From: Candidatus Sulfopaludibacter sp. SbA3
GTDB lineage: Bacteria; Acidobacteriota; Terriglobia; Bryobacterales; Bryobacteraceae
Assembly: GCA_945893365.1 (NCBI GenBank)
Contig: CAMDED010000018.1
Location: 3,359 to 67,358, forward strand
DNA: 64,000 bases
Direction of reading: 5' to 3'
In this document: piece by piece, positions 1-7,955 of the stretch
Numbering within the stretch: the first letter of the stretch is position 1
Layout of the letters: the number at the start of each line of letters is the position of its first letter
Translations under genes and position numbers: made by a program
Notes under the pieces: model-generated
The model's input: only the letters and a program-made list of their open reading frames with translations
What the model was told of the DNA's origin: nothing
The model's database searches: none

Positions 1-1515
1 AGCCGCTATGCGCTCAACAACGCCGTGATTGTGAACTACCGCCAGCGCATGTACTTTGGATACATTCAGGACGACTTCAAGCTCAACTCGAAGCTTACCC
101 TGAATATGGGACTGCGCTACGAGTTTGCCACGCCGCAGTGGGAGCGGGATAACATCCTTTCGAACTATGATCCGGGATCGAAGACGATCATCCAGGCCAA
201 GAGCGGCTCGCTCTATGATCGCGCCCTTGTCAATCCCGACCGCAACAACTTCGCGCCTCGCTTTGGAATGGCCTATAACCTGAATAGTAAGACCGTCGTG
301 CGCGGAGGCTTCGGCGTCAGCTTCATCCACTTCAACCGGCTCGGCGGCGAGAACCTGCTCGCCTACAACCTCCCCGGCATCATCGGGGTCGGTATCGACC
401 AGCTTCCGAACCAGGGCCGCTGCACAGCCGGGCAGCTACCGCAGAACTGCTTCCGTCCCACTCAGGACGGCTATCCGGCGGGAATCCTCACGCCCGCTCT
501 GGTGAGCACCGCGAATACGCGCACCAATTTCATTCCCGCGGATACCCGCACCGGCTACACCATGAACTGGCATTTCACCATTCAGCGGGAGATCGCCCGC
601 AATGTCGTGCTTGACGTTGCGTACGTAGGAAATCGCAGCAATAAGCTGGTGGTCCTTTCCGACTATAACGAAGCGCGGTTTAACAATCCGGGCGAAAATA
701 TCTCGATCAACGCCCGCCGTCCGGTGCAGGGCTTCGGTCAGATCCAGATCGCGCAACCGGCCGGCTTTTCCAACTACAACGCCCTTCAAGCCAAGCTCGA
801 ACGCCGCTTTACGAACGGTTTCCTGCTCCTTAACACTTTCGTCTGGTCGAAGGCGCTCGACAACGCCTCTGGGCATCTGGAAACCTCCGGCGGCGACGAC
901 TCGCGGATCAGCTTCACCCGCCGCGGCTCCTACAAGGGCGTTTCGGGCTATAACCAGCCTTTCAACGATACTTTTACCGTGATTTACGAAGTGCCCTTCG
1001 GTCAGGGGAAGAAGTTCGGATCGGGCATGCCCGGCATCGGTAACGCCGTTCTGGGCGGTTGGAACTTGAGCCAGACCACTACCATGAACAGCGGCCTGCC
1101 GGTGAATCTGATCTACAACGCCACTTCCCGCCTTCAGGTCGGCACCATCGGGAATCTCCGTGCGAATCTCGCCGGCGACCCGAAGGTTGCCGGGGGCGAT
1201 CCGAACAATTACCTAAGCCGCACGAACGTGAGCGAGGTGCTGGTGGGAGCGAACGAGTTGGCAAACCCCTATGGCACAGCCGGTCGCAATGTGGTGATCG
1301 CTCCTAATTACTTCGGTACCGATCTTGGCTTGCACAAGCGATTCCCGCTTCCGCGCGAAGGAATGGTTCTCGAGCTGCGCGGCGAGTTTTTCAACTTGTT
1401 CAATCACACCAACTTCCTCGCGCCGGACTCGAACCGCAGCAACGGAAGCTTCGGACTTATCACGACGAGTTTTCCCGCCCGGCAGGGCCAGATTGCGCTG
1501 AAGCTGCTCTGGTAA
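1..1515 (+). CDS. TonB-dependent receptor, C-terminal beta-barrel part (5' end outside window)
   Basis: The frame is open from nt 1, with no stop before the ORF-track start at 25. It shares barrel blocks with the two full-length receptors in this window (LTLN.GLRY.F, NFAPR.G.AY). It ends in ...ALKLLW, an aromatic C-terminus typical of outer-membrane barrels. Confidence 0.85.
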   Translation, partial: SRYALNNAVIVNYRQRMYFGYIQDDFKLNSKLTLNMGLRYEFATPQWERDNILSNYDPGSKTIIQAKSGSLYDRALVNPDRNNFAPRFGMAYNLNSKTVVRGGFGVSFIHFNRLGGENLLAYNLPGIIGVGIDQLPNQGRCTAGQLPQNCFRPTQDGYPAGILTPALVSTANTRTNFIPADTRTGYTMNWHFTIQREIARNVVLDVAYVGNRSNKLVVLSDYNEARFNNPGENISINARRPVQGFGQIQIAQPAGFSNYNALQAKLERRFTNGFLLLNTFVWSKALDNASGHLETSGGDDSRISFTRRGSYKGVSGYNQPFNDTFTVIYEVPFGQGKKFGSGMPGIGNAVLGGWNLSQTTTMNSGLPVNLIYNATSRLQVGTIGNLRANLAGDPKVAGGDPNNYLSRTNVSEVLVGANELANPYGTAGRNVVIAPNYFGTDLGLHKRFPLPREGMVLELRGEFFNLFNHTNFLAPDSNRSNGSFGLITTSFPARQGQIALKLLW

Positions 1516-3310
1516 GCGGCAGGAACCGCAAGGCCAGTCTCTCGAACTCGCCCGGAGTGACGAGCTGAACCCGGACTTCAAGGTTCGAGAATCGGCGCAG
1601 GTCGCGGGTCATTTCGACGGAGGGGAGTTCCGGGCAGGCGACGTGAAGGCAGCCGTCCGAAACCTTGAAAGGGAGTATTCTCCAGCGGCGTGAGACGTCC
1701 GCGGGAATGGCGTGGGCTAAAGATAGGGGAATGCTCCCGTCCTCAACCGGTTCTAGCCGCAGGCAATGCTGAAGGCTAAGGGCCTCATAGAGTTCCCGTT
1801 CGGTCAGCCGTCCGAGGGCGAGCAGATGCTCTCCCAGCCGGATATTCGGTGGTTTGGTGAGCATCGCCGCTTCCACGTCTCCCGCCGAAACGTACATCGA
1901 TCCGGCCAGAATGTCGCCTAACCTCTTCTTATGAGCCATCAGGACTACCCTGTTGGGGTAGGCGTGATCGGTCTTCAACCATATCAGCGGCAAGCTCTTC
2001 AGCTTGGCGTTGAAGAATCCGGTTATGGCGCAGGCGGTCGCGAGGAAGTTAATCGCGTTGCCCCAGAACATTCGCAACGGCACGCCGAGCGCGAACCTCC
2101 ATCCATAGATGCGTGAAACGCAGCTCATTCGGACCGCCGTGCGGACGGCAAAAAGGCCGAACGTGGCGGCGGCGCCCCATTGAAGCCAGGTGCCTGCCAT
2201 CAGTTGGGCGAGCGCCCAGGGTTTCTGAGTGGCGAAGCTCACCGCCACCGTAAAGCATCCGTAGAAGAACGTCAGATTACAGAGGATGCTGACCGGACTT
2301 CCCACAAGCCCCTTCCTGTCGCGCCATAACCAATAGATCTGGCCGATCGATTCCCGCCAGCCGTGGCGCTCCCAGGACTGCAGCGCGATTCCCATGATCC
2401 AACGCGTCCGCTGCCGGATGGCGGAGCGGAAAGTCCGCGGGAAGTATTCTCGGGTGGCGACCACTGCCGGTCCGGTCCTAGCGACGGGAACGAAGCGTTG
2501 GGGGAAGCCAAGAAGGTGGACGCGAAAGCCGTTTTCATAATCTTCAGTGAGCGATTCCGGCTCGAAGATGCGATTTGAGTATTTGGCGGCGATGGCGTCA
2601 AGCGTCTCGCGAGTGAAGCCGGTTCCGACACCCGTCGACGGCACGAAGCCGCCGAGGAAGTTACGCGTGTAGAGGTCGCGCGTTTGCGATTCGCCAAACT
2701 CGTCGCAGTAAACGCCGTGAGTGAATTCGCGGAAAGGAGTCGGGAGCGGAAGGACGGGAATCTGCACCATGCCGTTCCACTGGGCGTAGTAGTTGAGCCA
2801 GCGGAAGGACTCCGGATGAATCAGGTCTTCGGCATCGTGGGTGACGACCATGTCGAAGTACGCCTGGCGCTCCTCCTCGAATATCAGGAGCCGTTGGAAG
2901 ATCCAGTTCAGGCAGTCGGCTTTCGATGTGGGCCCGTCGTGCGGGCAGACGGCAAGGTGGACGTTTGGGAACCGCGCTTCCGCGCGTTGGACGGCGCAGG
3001 CGGTGGGACCGTCGTTGGGATAGACGCCTACAAAGAAGTCGTAACGGTCGTACTTGTTGGCCGCGATATTGTGTTCGAGCATGCGCTCGATCACCTCATG
3101 CTCATGCCAAAGCGGGACGAAAACGGCAATGCGGCGCCGGGGAGTTCGATCGAGGTCGTCTTCCGTGGGAAGTTCGCCGCCCGATCGATAGTGCCCGCGT
3201 ATCCAGGTGTAGAGGAAGGCCAAGTCCAGGACTAAGTCGTCCAGACCGCTTATCAGTACCCATATGGCAAGTGGAATGAGGCTTCCGGCGACCCATTGGT
3301 CAAACGACAT
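1460..3310 (-). CDS. NfrB-like inner-membrane family-2 glycosyltransferase with C-terminal MshEN (T2SSE_N-like) c-di-GMP-binding domain
   Basis: An N-terminal TM segment is followed by a GT2 core that closely resembles E. coli NfrB blocks as recalled (VPLWHE, VGVYPNDGPT, PHDGPTSKADCLNWI, HDAEDLIHP, DEFGE, SLTEDYENGF), then further TM helices. The C-terminus carries RLGDILAGSMYVSAGDVEAAMLTK-PPNI-RLGEHLLALGRLTERELYEALSLQ, which is the tandem MshEN motif. Confidence 0.8.
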   Translation of the reverse strand: MSFDQWVAGSLIPLAIWVLISGLDDLVLDLAFLYTWIRGHYRSGGELPTEDDLDRTPRRRIAVFVPLWHEHEVIERMLEHNIAANKYDRYDFFVGVYPNDGPTACAVQRAEARFPNVHLAVCPHDGPTSKADCLNWIFQRLLIFEEERQAYFDMVVTHDAEDLIHPESFRWLNYYAQWNGMVQIPVLPLPTPFREFTHGVYCDEFGESQTRDLYTRNFLGGFVPSTGVGTGFTRETLDAIAAKYSNRIFEPESLTEDYENGFRVHLLGFPQRFVPVARTGPAVVATREYFPRTFRSAIRQRTRWIMGIALQSWERHGWRESIGQIYWLWRDRKGLVGSPVSILCNLTFFYGCFTVAVSFATQKPWALAQLMAGTWLQWGAAATFGLFAVRTAVRMSCVSRIYGWRFALGVPLRMFWGNAINFLATACAITGFFNAKLKSLPLIWLKTDHAYPNRVVLMAHKKRLGDILAGSMYVSAGDVEAAMLTKPPNIRLGEHLLALGRLTERELYEALSLQHCLRLEPVEDGSIPLSLAHAIPADVSRRWRILPFKVSDGCLHVACPELPSVEMTRDLRRFSNLEVRVQLVTPGEFERLALRFLPLTRAASAQSGPAGRENSS

Positions 3311-3386
3311 GAAGGTCTCGGGGCCCGCTCCGTCAACGACTAAGCCTCGTAATCATACTGTACGTTTTCTGTGGGAGAATTCTCTC

Positions 3387-4292
3387 ATGACCTCCGAGAA
3401 CCGCCGTTGGCTGGCGAGGGCGCTGGTGATTGCCGCGTTCGCCGGCGTCGTAGCCACGCGGGCTTTGACCGAGCCCAGGAATGATTTCCGTTTTTCCATC
3501 ATTGGCGACCGCACAGGCGGCGCGACCCCGTTCATTTTCGGGCGGGTTTGGCGCGAGGTGGATTTGCTGCATCCGGATTTCGTGATCAACGTCGGCGACA
3601 CAATCGAGGGCGGAAGCGACGAGCGGGGTGCGCGGGAATGGCAGGAGTTGAGACCGATTTGGGAGAAGTACAAGCATTATCCGCTGTACTTCACGCCAGG
3701 CAACCACGACATTTGGTCCGAGGCTTCGAAAGCGATGTACGAACGGGAGAGCGGCCGGGCCACCTACTACGGATTCAACTATCAGGACGCGCATTTCACG
3801 GTTCTCGATAACTCCCGCACCGCGGATCTGACGGAGGCGCAGCTTCAGTTTTTAGAGGAGGACTTGAAGGCGAACGCGGAGCGGAGTCCAAAGTTTGTGT
3901 TCTTCCACCGCCCGTTCTGGATTACGCCGCTGAAGCTGGGAACCGGCGAGTTCCCGCTGCATCAGATCGTGAAGAAGCACGGAGTGGCGCAAGTGATCAG
4001 CGGCCACGGACACCAGTTTGTGCGGATCGTGAGAGACGGCGTCGTCTACATGGAAGTCGGCAGCTCCGGGGGCACGATCGCGCGCGGATTGCGGAACGGC
4101 GAGGGCTTCGCCCAGGGTTTCTTCTACCATCACGTCTGGGGCCGGGTGAAGGGTTCGAAAATTGAGATGACCGTAAAGGAAATCGACGGCCAGATGGGCC
4201 AGGGCCGGATGTTCCGCGCGGAGGACTGGGACGGCAGCGGACCGAAGTTCGATGTTGGAGATCCGGCCCTGACGGAAAAGCCGGCGACGTAG
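3387..4292 (+). CDS. Secreted calcineurin-like metallophosphoesterase
   Basis: Motifs present: IIGDRTGG, VGDTIEGG, GNHD and SGHGH. The ATG at 3387 precedes a signal-like segment (RRWLARALVIAAFAGVVA) and avoids overlap with the divergent gene that starts at 3310. Confidence 0.8.
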   Translation: MTSENRRWLARALVIAAFAGVVATRALTEPRNDFRFSIIGDRTGGATPFIFGRVWREVDLLHPDFVINVGDTIEGGSDERGAREWQELRPIWEKYKHYPLYFTPGNHDIWSEASKAMYERESGRATYYGFNYQDAHFTVLDNSRTADLTEAQLQFLEEDLKANAERSPKFVFFHRPFWITPLKLGTGEFPLHQIVKKHGVAQVISGHGHQFVRIVRDGVVYMEVGSSGGTIARGLRNGEGFAQGFFYHHVWGRVKGSKIEMTVKEIDGQMGQGRMFRAEDWDGSGPKFDVGDPALTEKPAT

Positions 4293-4797
4293 CCGGGGCT
4301 GGTGGAGGCTTCTCGGCCGACATGACCGAAGGCCTTCGCGTAAGTGCTGTTCTTACAGTGTGTTTGAGTCAATTGTTCGGACAACATGTCCGTCAACGTT
4401 GCAGGTCCAGTCACACCGCATGAACGGTTTCCCCACGGTTCAAGGAGTGGGAAGACCGCCTTAAGTTTCGAATCCGTCTTGGGGAGCCACTTCTTTAGAA
4501 TCAATTAAATACAAGCGGTTTAAAGTCCGTGTACGGGTACTCGTACACGGAGGGCCGATTCCTGCTACCCTTGGGGCCACACTTGCATGGCTCTGTTTAG
4601 GAGCATCAGGTATGATTCCTCGGATGTCTTTAATGCGAGCAGGGCAAGTGCCCCTGAGCGGTAAGGGCACGACTACGAGGACGGGCTCCAAGCGTGCGCA
4701 CCTACATAGCTCGGCGCTTCCCGGCGTTACGCGATGCGCCGCTACGTATGGAAGGACCTAGGACTACGCGCTACACGGAAGCGAAAACTGCTCTACA

Positions 4798-5244
4798 TTA
4801 AGGAACGCGCGCAGCCCAGCCGGACATAAACTGGAGGTGGGCAGCCACATCGCCAGGGTCGAAGCCTCTCGGGTTGATAGTCAGGCTTTTCCCGTCCGTG
4901 GCAACCTTGACGACAATAGAGGCATCGGCCATCGTGAGCCTAGCGGTCGAAGCGCTCGGATTTACCTGAGTCGGTGCGCAAGCCACTGGCGCAAGCGTCC
5001 CTTGGTGGGGGTTCGACTTGGGAGATGCCATCATGCCGTGCCATCTCCCCTTGCCGACTTTCGGAAAGTCAAGGTGCAGAATCGACAGGGCGACTTTCCC
5101 GTCCGAACCGCCGAACGGTCCTTCCATGTACCCGACCCAGCGTGCGTTCGCTAGTTTGGTGCAGGCATCTGCCGCCATGGCGGGGGCAGCCATCAGCAGC
5201 GCGCAAAGTCCGACCACAATCGGTAGAACAATCTTGCTCGACAC
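4798..5244 (-). CDS. Hypothetical small secreted protein
   Basis: GTG at 5244 is preceded by AGGAG with a 7-nt spacer. The N-terminus reads (M)SSKIVLPIVVGLCALLMAAPAMA/AD, a Sec signal with an AxA cleavage site. I recognise no family. Confidence 0.45.
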   Translation of the reverse strand: MSSKIVLPIVVGLCALLMAAPAMAADACTKLANARWVGYMEGPFGGSDGKVALSILHLDFPKVGKGRWHGMMASPKSNPHQGTLAPVACAPTQVNPSASTARLTMADASIVVKVATDGKSLTINPRGFDPGDVAAHLQFMSGWAARVP

Positions 5245-5490
5245 GATGTGACTCCTACGATGTTTTGAAAGTCCGCAACGAGTGTTCATGCGGCGCAACG
5301 GATGGGTCGGCTTTGATGGGCGCGTCCCTTGGAAGGATGCAGGTGCAATGCACATGGCGAAGGCTCGCCTCCTGGCCAAGTATCTCACAACTCGGTGCCC
5401 CGCGCGCTGCTATTTGTGCGACCACTACTGTCCGGCAATAAATCGTCTCGGGAGTCGGGTGGCTGAAGGGCCTGTAAAATGGGCGTTTTC

Positions 5491-5679
5491 TCAAAAAGCA
5501 TTTACGCTCAAAATCTGTAGAATTTGGTAAAGGCTGATCTCCAGGCCCAAGCGCTTCCGGACGATGGCGACCAGCACATACACCGACACGGCGATCCAGA
5601 TTTGGGTCTTCACAGCGTTCTCGCTTGTGCCATAGAAAGACTTAATTCGCAGGTGCTGCTTGATCCACTTAAACAGCAA
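5491..5679 (-). mobile_element. C-terminal ~60-aa remnant of an IS4/IS5-superfamily (DDE_Tnp_1) transposase
   Basis: LFKWIKQHLRIKSFYGTSENAVKTQIWIAVSVYVLVAI matches the conserved C-terminal FKWIKQ...GTS.NAV..QIW block of IS4-type transposases. Homology breaks abruptly just upstream (...FEPTPG|LLFKW), so no catalytic DDE region is present. Confidence 0.6.
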
Positions 5680-5868
5680 CCCCGGCGTAGGCTCGAACTA
5701 TTTATCCGAACCAGCATCCCTCAAACGAATCGGCGCTGTCCCACGAAGCGTGCCAACGTCCGGATGGCCGACCATCCGGAGGATGGGTGGAGTTAACTCT
5801 ACACGCGCGATTTTCCGATGAACTGACTCCGGGCGCCAGATTCCGACTTTGTTAAAGTTAAGTCTAGA

Positions 5869-5894
5869 CGCGGACAGGACGCGTCCTGTCCGCG
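5869..5894. repeat. 26-bp perfect palindrome CGCGGACAGGACG|CGTCCTGTCCGCG
   Basis: Read directly from the sequence. It lies 64 nt upstream of the ankyrin gene ATG (5958). Neither strand has a U-tract after it. Confidence 0.9.
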
Positions 5895-5957
5895 GAAAGG
5901 GCCGCGCCCACCTGCTGCGTTGATGCAATACTTTTTGTTGACACTCTTTCGCCTGTC

Positions 5958-7463
5958 ATGCGGACCGGGCATACGAAGGAGGCAGTCTTGAATCTTGAAC
6001 AACAGAAGAAGCTGGCCCGAGATCTCTTGCGAGCGATCCGGTCTGGAAACGCAGACGCTTTCTCCCGGCTGCGGCGCCACCATACGCGATGGGCGACATT
6101 AGATGAGGGCTCCGTGCGCCAACTTATCTCTCTGCACGATGCGCAGTTCGTACTCGCTCGTGAACAAGGGTTCGCAAGTTGGCCCAAACTCAAAGCCTAC
6201 GCCGAGCCGTCTTCGCGGTCTCGCCACACTCGATTGTTCGTCGCGGATCTAGCCTGGATCACGGACCGTGTTCATGGTCTGCTGCATGCACGCTATTCGG
6301 CCGGCCCGGCAGCGCTGGAACAAATTCGAGAATGGCACCCGCAGTTTTCCGATCGAAACGACGAGGAGATCCGGCAAGCTCCCTTCACCGAGGATGATGC
6401 CCGGTTGGTCTACGCAAGGGAGCATGGCTTCGAAACCTGGGACGACCTGACAACCCGCGTGAGCCTCCTCGCCTCGAACACGGCCGCGGCAACCAGCGAA
6501 CCGTTCATGGCTGCATTCGCCGCATTGCAGTCCGCCGATGTTGCTGGTTTCGAAGCGTTGCTCCGCAGTAACCCCCGCTTGGCCGGCGAACGGGGGACAA
6601 ATGGCAACACTCTGCTAAATCTCGCTGTCAGCTTCGCGGCCAAGGCTGACTGGAAAGGCGGCATGTCTCCAATCGAGGCGTTGCTGGCGGCAGGTTCCGA
6701 CGTCAACGAGGGCAACGATCGGGGCTGGACGCCTCTTCACCAAGCCGCCTACGCCAACAAGCCGGAAATAGCGGCCAGTTTGATCGAGAAAGGTGCGGCC
6801 CTGGACGCGGAGGCGCACGGCGCGGGTGGCACGCCGCTAATCGTCGCACTGTTCTGGGGGCATCACGAGGTAGCCGGCTTGTTGAGCCGCCACTTAGTGA
6901 CTCCGGGCAATCTTCGCGCTGCTGCCGGACTCGGCATCCCAGAGTTGGTGGATGCTTGCTTCAAATCCGATCGCGCACTTACAGCCGAAGCGTGTGCCGC
7001 CAGAGGCTTCTACCGTCCGCATAGCGGTTTCCCGGACTGGCAACCTTCGACAGATCCGCAGGAGGTGCTCGACGAAGCCCTGGTGTGGGCATGCAAGAGC
7101 GGCCGCTTGCTCGTTTTGGAGCGGCTCGTCAGGGCGGGCGCGCGCCTGAACGCCGATCCGTATCGAGGCACGCCTCTGATTTGGGCTGCGGTGTGCAATC
7201 GTACGGAAACCGTCGCATGGCTGTTGGATCACGGCGCGAACATCAATCACAAAGGCACATTTGGCGGACTCACCCACGGGCAGGGGATCACAGCTCTTCA
7301 CCTGGCGGCCCAGTACGGGCACATGCCGGTGCTCAAGCTCCTGATCGACCGCGGCGCTGACCGATCCATCAAAGACGATCTCTACCAGTCGACCGCCGAG
7401 GGCGGAGCAGCCTACTTTGGCCAGAACGAAGTGCGAGACTATCTGCGCTCGCTGGGCGCATAG
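5958..7463 (+). CDS. Ankyrin-repeat protein with duplicated N-terminal helical motif
   Basis: Several ANK repeats are visible (GNTLLNLA, GWTPLHQAAYANKPEIAASLIEKGA, GTPLIVALFWGHHEV, GTPLIWAAVCNRTETVAWLLDHGAN, ITALHLAAQYGHMPVLKLLIDRGAD). The N-terminal region holds two copies of a DA.(F/L)V.ARE.GF..W..L motif. Confidence 0.8.
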   Translation: MRTGHTKEAVLNLEQQKKLARDLLRAIRSGNADAFSRLRRHHTRWATLDEGSVRQLISLHDAQFVLAREQGFASWPKLKAYAEPSSRSRHTRLFVADLAWITDRVHGLLHARYSAGPAALEQIREWHPQFSDRNDEEIRQAPFTEDDARLVYAREHGFETWDDLTTRVSLLASNTAAATSEPFMAAFAALQSADVAGFEALLRSNPRLAGERGTNGNTLLNLAVSFAAKADWKGGMSPIEALLAAGSDVNEGNDRGWTPLHQAAYANKPEIAASLIEKGAALDAEAHGAGGTPLIVALFWGHHEVAGLLSRHLVTPGNLRAAAGLGIPELVDACFKSDRALTAEACAARGFYRPHSGFPDWQPSTDPQEVLDEALVWACKSGRLLVLERLVRAGARLNADPYRGTPLIWAAVCNRTETVAWLLDHGANINHKGTFGGLTHGQGITALHLAAQYGHMPVLKLLIDRGADRSIKDDLYQSTAEGGAAYFGQNEVRDYLRSLGA

Positions 7464-7955
7464 ATTTTAAACTCGCAGCTTGAACGCCGTTCCTGGATTC
7501 CCAAAGCTGCGCGATTGGCAACGATTCAACAAGGGGCGAGTTCGAGACGTGTCCAGACTGAGCGTCCACCCTGGACAAGCGTCGGCGGTGTACTCGAATT
7601 GCTATAAAAACAATGGACGTCTCCGAGTTCGATCAGAGGGCCATCTGAGCTGCAAGAGTTCGAAACGTGTCCTCAGCTGCCTGTAGAAGCCGCGAAAAGC
7701 CGGCGTTGCGATGGCAGCACGCGGTCGTGCGTCAGTGTCGAGTCGCATCGCACGTGGTTCGTGGACGAAAGCCGGATAGTGCATCGTATGGAGCCGCCAT
7801 GGGTAAACATCCGAACCCCGCGAACCGAACAGCGTGCATACTTACGCATGGCGGCTCGGCTACAGAATTCGTTCTTGAATGAGCAGTCGGGACATCGCCA
7901 AGCTCTCAGTTTGTGGCCAATAACAGGTCCAGTGTTACACTCACGGAAAGGCAAC

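Noticed and set aside
4430-4489. tRNA gene (tRNA-Gln-like 3' end)
   Set aside because: Only the T-loop-to-CCA part fits. No T-stem 5' strand, anticodon arm or D arm can be drawn, and the candidate 5' acceptor strand lies only 60 nt from the CCA. It is reported as a possible att footprint rather than a gene. A permuted tmRNA was also rejected, because the acceptor lacks the G1-C72/G3:U70 alanine identity.
4526-4551. Group II intron domain V
   Set aside because: The hairpin is a continuous 10-bp helix with a 6-nt loop. It has no AGC/CGC triad, no 2-nt bulge, no GNRA loop and not the 34-nt geometry. No RT ORF is nearby.
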